From assembly GCA_041741895.1 (NCBI GenBank), contig JBGSJO010000042.1, forward strand, positions 1,790 to 65,789: 64,000 bases of DNA, written 5' to 3'. The stretch comes from Pontixanthobacter sp. (GTDB taxonomy: Bacteria > Pseudomonadota > Alphaproteobacteria > Sphingomonadales > Sphingomonadaceae). Made by a program: the position numbers and the translations under genes. This document shows, piece after piece, positions 36,457 through 44,916 of the stretch. Within the stretch, counting starts at the first letter, position 1, and each line of letters opens with the position of its first letter. Below the pieces are notes generated by a model that ran no database searches, was not told the origin of the DNA, and saw nothing but the letters and a program-made list of their open reading frames with translations.

Positions 36457-37218
36457 ATGAATGCCACCCGCCTGTTCGATCGCGCCGTAATCCGGCTGAC
36501 GCCGCAAGACGATAGCGAAGATGTCTCAGCATTTCTGCAAGGTCTCGTTACCAATGATGTGACGGGGGCATTGCCGGTATGGGCAGGCCTGCTGAGCGCG
36601 CAAGGCAAGGCGATGTTCGATTTCCTTGTATGGCCGGGCGAAGATAGCGCGCTGCTGGTAGATTGCGAGGCTGCGGCAGCCGATGATCTGATCAAGCGCC
36701 TGTCGCTCTATCGGCTACGCCGGAAAATCGTGATCGGGCGGGACGATTCGCTGGGCGTTTACTGGCAGCCCCCAACCAGCGGAAATGCGCCCGGCGATGC
36801 TGCCAAGGATCCACGACTCACGGATCTCGGACTGCGCTGGATTGCCCCTGTTTCGGACAGCGATGCACCTGCCAACTCTGCATGGCGAGCGCATCGGCTC
36901 GATCTGGGCGTGCCTGAAGGCCGCGCCGATCTGGGCGATATCCTGTGGCTGGAAACCAATGCCGCAGAACTGCACGGCGTTTCCTTCGATAAAGGGTGCT
37001 ACATCGGGCAGGAAAATACCGCCCGCATGAACTGGCGGCAGAAGGTAAATCGGCGGCTGGTGGTGGTGCCGCTGGATCAATCCGACGCCAAACGACGCAA
37101 AGCCGCCTATCCCGATCTCGGCCTCGCGCTCGATCATCGCCGGGTGGCCGATATTCCGGTGGAACTGGCGCCGCCGTGGATGCATTTGCAGCCGATCGAC
37201 CAGGCCGCTGGCGAGTAA
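36457..37218 (+). CDS. ygfZ: Folate-binding Fe-S cluster repair / tRNA-modification protein YgfZ
   Basis: FLQGLVTNDV and the signature KGCYIGQENTARM. Confidence 0.85.
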   Translation: MNATRLFDRAVIRLTPQDDSEDVSAFLQGLVTNDVTGALPVWAGLLSAQGKAMFDFLVWPGEDSALLVDCEAAAADDLIKRLSLYRLRRKIVIGRDDSLGVYWQPPTSGNAPGDAAKDPRLTDLGLRWIAPVSDSDAPANSAWRAHRLDLGVPEGRADLGDILWLETNAAELHGVSFDKGCYIGQENTARMNWRQKVNRRLVVVPLDQSDAKRRKAAYPDLGLALDHRRVADIPVELAPPWMHLQPIDQAAGE

Positions 37219-37219
37219 A

Positions 37220-37822
37220 CTAGTCGGAAGGGATTCCTTCCTCCACCGAAGCTGTCAACATCCGTTCCGCCCGGTCGCGCACGGCGCTGCGGGGGAGGTT
37301 GAGCGATTTCGCCAGCGCCGCCCCCATCAATGCATCGCCCAGCGCCAGCAAAACCAGCGTCAGCGTTTCTTCATGCACCCGCATTTTGCTGAGCCGTCCG
37401 TGCTCCGCTTCCTCCGGTGCGATTTCGTCAACCAGGGCATGGATTGCCTCGACAATCGGATCGAGCGCATCTTCATTGCCCGTTAGCAGCATCCATCCCG
37501 CCAGCGCCCCGGCGCCTTCCTTGTCGAATGCGTCGAATGCCAGATCGACCACTTCGCGCGGCGTACCCAAGCCCACCCGGCTGGCCCGCACCGCATGTTT
37601 GATAGTTTCGCACACGGTCCATGCCAGATGTTCCGCCAATGATTTCTGTAGTCCTGATGCCGATCCGAAATGGTGGAGCAGATTTGCATGGGTCCGCCCG
37701 ATGCGCCCCGCCACGGCCTTCAAAGTCACCGCTTGCGGCCCACTTTCTATCAGCAGGGCCCGCGCCGCCTGTAGCGCGGCAGAGCGGGATTCTTCCGGGG
37801 ACAGGCGTTTACGGCTGATCAT
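37220..37822 (-). CDS. TetR/AcrR family transcriptional regulator
   Basis: N-terminal HTH (AALQAARALLIESGPQAVTLKAVAGRIGRTHANLLHHF). Divergent from the hydrolase gene. Confidence 0.85.
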   Translation of the reverse strand: MISRKRLSPEESRSAALQAARALLIESGPQAVTLKAVAGRIGRTHANLLHHFGSASGLQKSLAEHLAWTVCETIKHAVRASRVGLGTPREVVDLAFDAFDKEGAGALAGWMLLTGNEDALDPIVEAIHALVDEIAPEEAEHGRLSKMRVHEETLTLVLLALGDALMGAALAKSLNLPRSAVRDRAERMLTASVEEGIPSD

Positions 37823-37972
37823 TACTTCAAAAACCCCGATTTAGCGGCAATCCGTGAAGCCTCGCCTAGAACGCGCGCCGCGCTTCGACAAGGCCGGTCG
37901 GCAGCGGCGCCATTATTGACACTGGTGTAAGTAGTGGCTATTTTACGTTCAAATCAAACATTGGACACACCC

Positions 37973-38848
37973 ATGAACGCGCCCGCCACGATCGATTTTC
38001 AACCGACATCCCGTAGCCCCGATGATCTGGCCATTACCGTGCGTGATCGCCGGTTTGCGCGCGATGCAGTGCCCAAACGCTGGTGGCTGAACGATGATCC
38101 GGTTGCCACTGCATGGTTCAACGCGCTGTCGGCCACATTCCCCCGCGGCGAAGCCTTTTTCATCGAATCGGTAAAGGCGCACCGCGATGGCGCATCGCCC
38201 AAGCTGGCGGCCGAAATCCGGGCTTTCGTAAAGCAGGAAATCAACCACACACGCGAACACATCGTGTTCAACAAGCTGGCCGAAAACGCCGGTTACGACA
38301 TCGAATTCATCGACCGGCGCGTGGAAGAAATGCTCGCCCTGACCAAGGGCCGCCCGCAGATCCTCAACCTCGCCGCCACGATGGCGCTTGAACATTTCAC
38401 CGCGATGCTGGGCCAGGAATTGCTGACCCATCCTTCGCATCTCAATGGGGCAGCCGGTGATCTGGGCGATCTGTGGCGCTGGCATTCCGCCGAGGAAGTC
38501 GAGCACAAGGGCGTCGCCTATGACACCTGGCTGCATGCAGCCCGCGACTGGAGCCGTTTCAAACGCTGGAAGGTCAAATCCATCATGATGCTGGTCGTGA
38601 CCAAGCGGTTTATCGGCCACCGGGTCGGCGACATGGCAGAATTGCTGGCGCAGGACGGATTGACCGGGTTCAAGTGGAAATGGAAAATCGCGTCATACCT
38701 GCTGCTGAAGCCGGGATTCCTGCGCCGCATATTCCCGCAATGGTGCGCCTACTTCATGCCCGGATTCCACCCGTGGAACCATGATGACCGGTCCTTGATC
38801 CGCCTGTACGAGAGTGAATTTCCCGACGCAATGATGCCGGCGGAATAA
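37973..38848 (+). CDS. Predicted metal-dependent hydrolase (PF10118-like)
   Basis: FPRGEAFFIESV, EINHTREH, ALEHFTA and HSAEEVEHKGVAYD His/Glu-rich blocks. A GTG at 37934 is an alternative start. Confidence 0.7.
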   Translation: MNAPATIDFQPTSRSPDDLAITVRDRRFARDAVPKRWWLNDDPVATAWFNALSATFPRGEAFFIESVKAHRDGASPKLAAEIRAFVKQEINHTREHIVFNKLAENAGYDIEFIDRRVEEMLALTKGRPQILNLAATMALEHFTAMLGQELLTHPSHLNGAAGDLGDLWRWHSAEEVEHKGVAYDTWLHAARDWSRFKRWKVKSIMMLVVTKRFIGHRVGDMAELLAQDGLTGFKWKWKIASYLLLKPGFLRRIFPQWCAYFMPGFHPWNHDDRSLIRLYESEFPDAMMPAE

Positions 38849-38883
38849 GCCCTCCGCTGCGGGACACCCCGGGGCGGCCTGCG

Positions 38884-39420
38884 TTACGCGGCGCGCTGGG
38901 GCATACGGTTATCGTCTGCAAGATCACGGACATAGACAGCCGCGTCCACTTCGCCGTTCCGGGCGGTGCAGCGACACGGTTCGATCCGCCCGGTAGGCCT
39001 GAAACCGGCCTTGCGCAGCACCCTGCCCGATGCCGGATTATCCAGGAAATGGCTGGCAACGATCTGTTCGTGGCCAAGCATCCGCGCAATTTCGACCACT
39101 GCCTTGGTCGCCTCGGTCGCATAACCCTGCCCCCAATGAGGGCGCGCGATCCAATAGCCGAGCTGGACCTTGCCTTCATGCGGATCAAGGCCCGCACAGC
39201 CAATGATTGCGCCGTCTTTGCGTGGGTCTGTCAGCAGGAAATTCGGATGCCTGGAATCGCGCGGCGATGAAACGAAGGTTCGGGCATGGTCCTGCGTATA
39301 GGGCCACGGCGCAGTTGCCAGATTGCGGGTGACGCCCTCGTCCGCGATTCCCTGCCAGATGCCCAGCCAATCCTCTGGCCAAGCAGGCCGCAGGAACAAT
39401 CTTCCACTGCGATAGAACAT
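38884..39420 (-). CDS. GNAT family N-acetyltransferase (RimJ/RimL-like)
   Basis: LGYWIARPHWGQGYATEATKAVVEIA acetyl-CoA block. MFYRSGRLFLRP start at 39420. Confidence 0.85.
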   Translation of the reverse strand: MFYRSGRLFLRPAWPEDWLGIWQGIADEGVTRNLATAPWPYTQDHARTFVSSPRDSRHPNFLLTDPRKDGAIIGCAGLDPHEGKVQLGYWIARPHWGQGYATEATKAVVEIARMLGHEQIVASHFLDNPASGRVLRKAGFRPTGRIEPCRCTARNGEVDAAVYVRDLADDNRMPQRAA

Positions 39421-39540
39421 GGAACGTCTCTCCTTTCGCCCCACATTCCCTGTTACGGTATTTGCGTGACATTCCCATTGCGGCGAAAGCATTATTCGCC
39501 AGCCCGAGACTACTTTGCGCCGGGGCTTCGCATGAGGGAG

Positions 39541-39596
39541 AAAAGACGAAAGGGAGACTGACCCCCTTGAAACAAGGTGGCCCATTCTCCCTCTTC
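39541..39596 (-). terminator. Compound hairpin plus T-tract downstream of rpmA
   Basis: Minus strand: AGAGGGAGA...(inner CCTTG-TTT-CAAGG)...TCTCCCTTT followed by CGTCTTTT. Confidence 0.5.
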
Positions 39597-39658
39597 GGTG
39601 CCGGTTTGAACCGGCTGGGCCATCCTGCTGAACGACCCCTGGTAGTGGAAACGTCCGT

Positions 39659-39928
39659 TTATTCTGCGGCTTGCGCCATCATGTCGACCGACACGTATTT
39701 GCGGCCTTGTTTGCCGGAATGGAATCGCACGCGGCCTTCTGCGGTTGCAAAAAGGGTGTGATCCTTGCCCAGGCCCACATTGCTGCCGGGATAGAACTTG
39801 GTGCCGCGCTGACGCACGAGAATGTTGCCGCCGATCACTTCCTGACCGCCGAACTTTTTAACACCAAGGCGGCGACCTGCTGAGTCGCGACCGTTGCGGG
39901 ATGAACCGCCTGCTTTTTTATGTGCCAT
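39659..39928 (-). CDS. rpmA: 50S ribosomal protein L27
   Basis: [28 protein letters not shown]... Confidence 0.97.
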   Translation of the reverse strand: MAHKKAGGSSRNGRDSAGRRLGVKKFGGQEVIGGNILVRQRGTKFYPGSNVGLGKDHTLFATAEGRVRFHSGKQGRKYVSVDMMAQAAE

Positions 39929-39954
39929 CTCGTATTACTCCGAAGTCTTCCGAC

Positions 39955-40482
39955 TTATTTCTTGTCCGCTGCCTTGGCAGCTGGTGCTTTCTTCGCGGCC
40001 GGCTTCTTTGCAGGAGCCTTCTTCGCCGGTGCAGCCTTCTGTTCGGCAGGTGCCTTCTCAGCGGCGGCCTTGGCCGGGGTGGCCTTCTTGGCAGGGGCCT
40101 TCTTCGCCGGTGCAGCCTTGGTTTCTTCGGCAGCAGGTGCCGCATCTTCCTTCGGTGTGGCAGCTTTCTTGGCCGGAGCCTTGCTGTCACCAACGGAAAG
40201 AATGCGCAGCAGCGTCAGTTGCTGGCGGTGGCCGGCCTTACGGCGATAATTGTGGCGGCGACGCTTCTTGAAAACGATCACCTTTTCGCTCTTGGACTGG
40301 GCGATGATTTCTGCCGAAACAGCAACCTTCGATGCGTCGGCAATCGAATCGCCTTCACCGGCGAGCAGGACGTCGCCCAAGGTCACCGTGTCACCGGCTT
40401 CTCCGCTGAGCTTTTCAACTGCGATCTTGTCTCCGGCAGCAACCCGGTATTGTTTGCCGCCTGTGCGCACAACTGCGAACAT
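39955..40482 (-). CDS. rplU: 50S ribosomal protein L21 with an Ala/Lys/Pro-rich C-terminal extension of about 75 aa
   Basis: [20 protein letters not shown]...[16 protein letters not shown] core, then [11 protein letters not shown]...[12 protein letters not shown]... tail. Confidence 0.95.
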   Translation of the reverse strand: MFAVVRTGGKQYRVAAGDKIAVEKLSGEAGDTVTLGDVLLAGEGDSIADASKVAVSAEIIAQSKSEKVIVFKKRRRHNYRRKAGHRQQLTLLRILSVGDSKAPAKKAATPKEDAAPAAEETKAAPAKKAPAKKATPAKAAAEKAPAEQKAAPAKKAPAKKPAAKKAPAAKAADKK

Positions 40483-40693
40483 GGTGATTTCACTTTCAAT
40501 CTAAAATGCTGTGCCGACCCCAATAAAGGAACCTGCGCGACCAAGGTGCCGCAGATTGCGGACCCCGGAAAGATCGGAGCCGTTAAGGGATGGTGGGCCT
40601 CAAGTCAACGCCGAAGTCGGATTTGGTATTCAATGTCCCGCGAATTTTCACCGGCACTGGCATGAAGCGAGTACCCGGGGTAAAGACCCTACG

Positions 40694-41221
40694 ATGATAT
40701 CCTTTCCCCCATACCTTCGATTGCCCGGATTGGCCATAGTGCAGTCGGCAATTCTGCTGTCGGGCTGCGCATCTCCGCAGGCGAACTATCCATCGCTCGC
40801 CATCCGCGATGCAGAGCGGGCATATAATTCGCCCGAACCCGCCGCACCCGCCCAGCCTGCTGCACAATCGCCTTTGAGCGCCGAACTTGCACAGCGGCTC
40901 GCGCAGCTTCAAGATTCTGCGGCCAGCGCCCACCGCGCGTTTATCGATGCTGCGCCGGGCACGGCGCGGCTGGTCGACGCCGCAGCAGGCAGCGATGTGA
41001 CCAGCGATCGATGGGCCATCGCCCAGGTCGCTTTGGCCAGTCTCGAATCGGCGCGAAGCCAGGCTGCGGTGCCGCTAGGCGATCTCGATTTGCTGCACGC
41101 CGATGCCGCGATCGCCCTGGACCAGCGCAAGGCGATCGAAGATGCCCGTGATGCAGTGGCGGGCATGATTGCGAAGGAGGACGCAATACTTGCCGGATTG
41201 CGCGGGAAAATGCCCTCATGA
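40694..41221 (+). CDS. Hypothetical lipoprotein (Ala-rich, helical)
   Basis: MISFPPYLRLPGLAIVQSAILLSGC lipobox. Its stop overlaps the fnr-like ATG (ATGA). Confidence 0.55.
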   Translation: MISFPPYLRLPGLAIVQSAILLSGCASPQANYPSLAIRDAERAYNSPEPAAPAQPAAQSPLSAELAQRLAQLQDSAASAHRAFIDAAPGTARLVDAAAGSDVTSDRWAIAQVALASLESARSQAAVPLGDLDLLHADAAIALDQRKAIEDARDAVAGMIAKEDAILAGLRGKMPS

Positions 41222-41907
41222 GCCTCGCCTGTGCCAGCTGTCCGGTTCGTGACCGTGCTGCCTGTTCGGTACTGAACGAAGATGAACGCGCAGTGCTGTC
41301 TGCCGCCGGGCGGACCCGGCACCTGACCCGGGGAGAGACCTTGTTTCACGCCGGAGATAAGGAAACAGTCTGCGCCACCCTGATCAAGGGCGCGCTGAAG
41401 GTCACCTGCACCAATCGCGATGGCGAGGAACGCATTCTCGCATTGGTCCATCCGTCAGGCTTTGTCGGCGAATTGTTCCAGCCATTTGCGCAATATGACG
41501 TGGTGGCGCTGACCGACACCCAATTGTGCACCTTCTCGCGCGCGCACATGGAACAGGCGATTGATCGCTATCCGATTCTTGCGCAGGCATTGCTGCGCCG
41601 GTCGCAGGAAGATCTGCATAATTCACGGAAATTGCTGGAACTGACCGGGAAACACGGTGCCGCCGAAAAGGTTGCCGGATTGGTCATGGCCATGGCACAG
41701 GCGGCCAGCGATTCGCCTTGCCACCCGGCCAGACATTTCGAACTGCCACTATCGCGCGGCGAAATGGCCAATATGCTGGGTCTGACCATCGAAACCGTCA
41801 GCCGCCAATTGTCGAAACTGGAAAAAGGTGGTGCGATTCGCCGCGAAGGGGCACGCGGGATCGAACTGATCGACCCCGTACCTCTCCAATTTCTGAGCAG
41901 TCCTTAA
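41218..41907 (+). CDS. Crp/FNR-family regulator, FNR/FnrL-type (N-terminal Cys cluster)
   Basis: N-terminal C5-x2-C8-x7-C16; cNMP-like barrel; HTH with the FNR-type recognition helix LGLTIETVSRQL (E--SR). Confidence 0.85.
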   Translation: MSLACASCPVRDRAACSVLNEDERAVLSAAGRTRHLTRGETLFHAGDKETVCATLIKGALKVTCTNRDGEERILALVHPSGFVGELFQPFAQYDVVALTDTQLCTFSRAHMEQAIDRYPILAQALLRRSQEDLHNSRKLLELTGKHGAAEKVAGLVMAMAQAASDSPCHPARHFELPLSRGEMANMLGLTIETVSRQLSKLEKGGAIRREGARGIELIDPVPLQFLSSP

Positions 41908-41941
41908 TTCACCTCGAATCGGGCCCCTCAAATTTGGGGCT

Positions 41942-42379
41942 TCAGATCAGGGCGGAGATCGTGACCACGGCCAAAGCCCACAGGACTACCAGCACCGGCA
42001 GGATCAGCGTCTGGACAGTCGCCTCACTTGCGGAAAGGTGACCGGTCAGCGTGGAAATACCGCGGCTGCTGAACTGGCTCCACGCCATCGGACGCGTGGT
42101 GCTGCCGGGTGCCATCCGGGTCCAGGCGGCGGGAACACCGAAGAACCCGGTCAGTAAGACCACGAGAACCCCCATCGGGATTGCCAGGCCGGGGCTGGCA
42201 AAGGCAGCGACCAATATGACCAGAAATGCCAGATAGCAGGCAGCAGCCGTCACATAGAGCCCGTTCGGCATTTCAAAGCTGCGGTCAACCTGGGCTGGCA
42301 GACTGGCCGTCGGAACACTTGGCAGCGCCGCCACATTGGCGTGATCGGCCATCACTTCGCGGGTCAGATACTTGGACAT
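41942..42379 (-). CDS. Hypothetical membrane protein (3 predicted TM helices)
   Basis: 145-aa ORF with an ATG start and hydrophobic segments LYVTAAACYLAFLVILVAAFA, IPMGVLVVLLTGFFGV and LILPVLVVLWALAVVTI. No family recognised. Confidence 0.55.
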   Translation of the reverse strand: MSKYLTREVMADHANVAALPSVPTASLPAQVDRSFEMPNGLYVTAAACYLAFLVILVAAFASPGLAIPMGVLVVLLTGFFGVPAAWTRMAPGSTTRPMAWSQFSSRGISTLTGHLSASEATVQTLILPVLVVLWALAVVTISALI

Positions 42380-42434
42380 GATTGATACTCCCTTGCGCCT
42401 GGGGAATTTCTACATCGATCAATCGGGCGGTTCC

Positions 42435-42448
42435 TTGATTCGGATCAA
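42435..42448. promoter_or_regulatory. Perfect FNR/FixK box TTGAT-TCGG-ATCAA
   Basis: Read at 42435..42448, centred about 62 nt upstream of the ATG (42379) of the orphan membrane protein and 12 nt downstream of the moaE stop. Confidence 0.6.
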
Positions 42449-42459
42449 AATCCGGAGAG

Positions 42460-42903
42460 TTAATCCCAACGCTTCAAATCGGTATGGTCCTGCGCGCGCG
42501 GTTCGATCCAGTGCCACCCGTCGCTGCGCCGTTCGCGTTTCCAGAACCAGGCGGCGCTTTTCAGATGGTCCATGCAAAAATCAACCGCGTCGATCGCATC
42601 GCGCCGATGGGCAGCGGCGGCAGACACGCATACAATCGGCTCACCGGCCACCAGCACCCCGATCCGGTGAACCATCAGCAGGCCCATCAGGTTGAACCGG
42701 CCCAATGCCCGGTCCGCCAGATCATGCATGCCGGCCAGCGTGAGCGGCTCGTAATGGGTGAGCTCGAGCGCCTCGACATAGGCCTCCCCCCGCACTTCAC
42801 CGACAAAGGTGCACACCGCGCCCAATCCCGGATTGGCCTGTGCGAAAGGGCCGATCAATTGGCCGGGGATGAACATTTGGGTTAACAGGCGGATATCGCG
42901 CAT
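42460..42903 (-). CDS. moaE: Molybdopterin synthase catalytic subunit
   Basis: GAVCTFVGEVRGE..., VHRIGVLVAGEPIVCVSAAAAHRRDA, WFWKRE. Confidence 0.9.
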   Translation of the reverse strand: MRDIRLLTQMFIPGQLIGPFAQANPGLGAVCTFVGEVRGEAYVEALELTHYEPLTLAGMHDLADRALGRFNLMGLLMVHRIGVLVAGEPIVCVSAAAAHRRDAIDAVDFCMDHLKSAAWFWKRERRSDGWHWIEPRAQDHTDLKRWD

Positions 42904-42912
42904 CGCGGTGCC

Positions 42913-43155
42913 TCAGCCCCCGCTGACCGGCGGCAGCAAGGCGACCTCGTCACCATCCACAGCCCGCAATGCCGCCTTATCGGCAACAACTCGCCCGGCG
43001 CAGGCAACATGCACGCGGGCATTGGTCAATTGCTCTGCGACGGCGGGCGGAATTCCGGCCAGCAACGCTGGCCAGTCGAGCGGCGCGGGCAATTCCATTT
43101 CGTCCGCCCCGACAAGATCGGCCAATGGCCCCAAAAATACCACTCTCACCGCCAT
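42913..43155 (-). CDS. moaD: Molybdopterin synthase sulfur carrier subunit
   Basis: 80 aa, ubiquitin-like, with C-terminal ...LLPPVSGG. Confidence 0.85.
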   Translation of the reverse strand: MAVRVVFLGPLADLVGADEMELPAPLDWPALLAGIPPAVAEQLTNARVHVACAGRVVADKAALRAVDGDEVALLPPVSGG

Positions 43156-43158
43156 CGT

Positions 43159-44187
43159 TCAGCCCCCCGTCATCGACATGTGGCGCGCCTGGGCTGGCGC
43201 TTGCCCGCGCAAATCGATGCTGAACGCATGTCGTTCAGGCTTGATCCGCATGGCCTCGTCCATCGCCGCCTGCAACTTCGCAGCCGGATCACCAGACCGC
43301 ATCGCTGCGCGCAGATCCACCCGATCCCCTCCGCCGAGGCAGGGGTAAAGCTGGCCCGTTGCCGTAACGCGCAGGCGGTTGCAGCCTGCGCAGAAATTAT
43401 TGGTCAGCGGGGTAATCATGCCCAGCCTGCCGCCCGTTTCGGCGATGTCGAAATAACGCGCGGGGCCGCCGGTACGATGGGGTGACGGGGTGATCGTCCA
43501 GCGTGCTTCGAGCCGGTCCATCACCGCGCCCAGCGGCAGGTAATGATCGATCCGGTCGCCATCAACCTCACCCAGCGGCATGACTTCGATCAGGGTAATT
43601 TCGTGCCCCTGCCCATGCGCCCATCCGATCAGATCGGGCAATTCAGCTTCATTTAGACCTTTCAGCGCCACGGCATTGATCTTGACCTTCAGCCTGGCCC
43701 CCTTGGCTGCGGCGATCCCGATCAGAACCTGGCCCAATTGGTCACGCCGGGTCAGCCGTTCGAACAGCACCGGATCACGCGTATCGAGCGAAACATTCAC
43801 CCGCCGCACGCCCGCTGCCGCCAGCGTTTCGGCAAATTCGGCCAACCGGGTGCCATTGGTGGTAAGGGTCAATTCGTCGAGGCCGCTGCCGATTTCACGC
43901 CCGAGCGCCCGCACCAGATCGATCATGTCGCGCCGCACCAATGGCTCGCCGCCGGTCAAGCGGATCCTGCGCACCCCGCGCGCAATGAAAGCGCGCCCGA
44001 GCTGGTGCAATTCCTCCAGCGACAGGACCTCTGCCTTGGGCAGGAATTTCATCTTTTCCGGCATGCAATAGGAGCAGCGCAGATCGCAGCGATCCGTCAC
44101 CGAAAGGCGCAAATAGGTGATCCGCCGCTGGAAAGCATCGATCAGCGGCGCGCCTTGATCGGCATTTGGGGCGGTGACATAGTCCAT
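43159..44187 (-). CDS. moaA: GTP 3',8-cyclase
   Basis: Radical-SAM CDLRCSYC; RLTGGEPL; C-terminal second cluster CAGCNRLRVTATGQLYPCLG; ends ...GG. Confidence 0.93.
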   Translation of the reverse strand: MDYVTAPNADQGAPLIDAFQRRITYLRLSVTDRCDLRCSYCMPEKMKFLPKAEVLSLEELHQLGRAFIARGVRRIRLTGGEPLVRRDMIDLVRALGREIGSGLDELTLTTNGTRLAEFAETLAAAGVRRVNVSLDTRDPVLFERLTRRDQLGQVLIGIAAAKGARLKVKINAVALKGLNEAELPDLIGWAHGQGHEITLIEVMPLGEVDGDRIDHYLPLGAVMDRLEARWTITPSPHRTGGPARYFDIAETGGRLGMITPLTNNFCAGCNRLRVTATGQLYPCLGGGDRVDLRAAMRSGDPAAKLQAAMDEAMRIKPERHAFSIDLRGQAPAQARHMSMTGG

Positions 44188-44191
44188 TTGC

Positions 44192-44530
44192 CTATCCTGC
44201 CGGATTGTCCGCGCCTTGGCCAGACGCCGGCAGCAATTGGCCGGTCACACCCGGCGCGCGGGCAAGGTATTCCAGCACCGCAGAAATCGCATCGGGATCG
44301 CCTCCCGACACCAGATTAACCCGCTTGGGTGCCAGTTCCCGCGCCAGATCGCGTGCAATCGCGCGCCGCCAGTCGCGGTGATCGGGGGGTGCAGGCGGCA
44401 TGACCATGACCAGCGATTGCGCCTCGCCGCGCAGGGCATCACGTGCCTGATCCAGCCATATGCGATGAAATTCCGCTGCCGCATCCAGCGCGTTTGCGGG
44501 CAGACCTTCGATCCTGAGCACTGCCTGCAC
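44192..44530 (-). CDS. Hypothetical 112-aa protein resembling only the C-terminal half of an SDR
   Basis: ARELAPKRVNLVSGG...AVLEYLARAPGVTGQLL resembles the SDR ...ELAP.GIRVN.V.PG...FLAS....ITGQ.L region. No Gly-rich NAD(P) loop and no YxxxK. GTG start. 4-5 nt gaps to both neighbours. Confidence 0.5.
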   Translation of the reverse strand: MQAVLRIEGLPANALDAAAEFHRIWLDQARDALRGEAQSLVMVMPPAPPDHRDWRRAIARDLARELAPKRVNLVSGGDPDAISAVLEYLARAPGVTGQLLPASGQGADNPAG

Positions 44531-44535
44531 GGCTG

Positions 44536-44907
44536 TCAGCGCCGCTGCCGGGTCAGGGTGATGCCGATTTTCTCGTTCGCTTCGGCAATCGCCAGCTTGA
44601 CGATCTTGACCGTGACCGCTTCGATCCGTTCATCCTGCACCAGCAATGTCTCGATAATATGGTCCGCAACCGCTTCGATCAGCTTGAAGTGAACACCCGG
44701 CGGCAAGCCTTCGCTGGCGGCGAATTTCAGGTCCATGTAATTTTTGCTGGCTTCCAGCGGCGTGTCCGGATCGTAACGGCCGGCGCATTTCAATGTCACT
44801 GCCATGCTGATGCGCAGTGGCTGCGGCTTGCCCGTTTCTTCGGAGTAGATGCCGGTCAGGACATCGTGCTCGAAATCGGCAACTTCCAGAATTAGCGAAT
44901 CGGCCAT
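44536..44907 (-). CDS. folB: Dihydroneopterin aldolase family protein (FolB-like)
   Basis: 123 aa; LTGIYSEETGKPQPLRISMAV ... VTVKIVKLA tunnelling-fold pattern. Confidence 0.75.
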   Translation of the reverse strand: MADSLILEVADFEHDVLTGIYSEETGKPQPLRISMAVTLKCAGRYDPDTPLEASKNYMDLKFAASEGLPPGVHFKLIEAVADHIIETLLVQDERIEAVTVKIVKLAIAEANEKIGITLTRQRR

Positions 44908-44916
44908 CCCAGTCCC

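Noticed and set aside
37900-37972. Repeated (T)TG(G)ACAC motifs in the tetR/hydrolase divergent region, considered as a TetR operator.
   Set aside because: The arms are only 4-5 nt and not convincingly palindromic, so I cannot support an operator call by eye.
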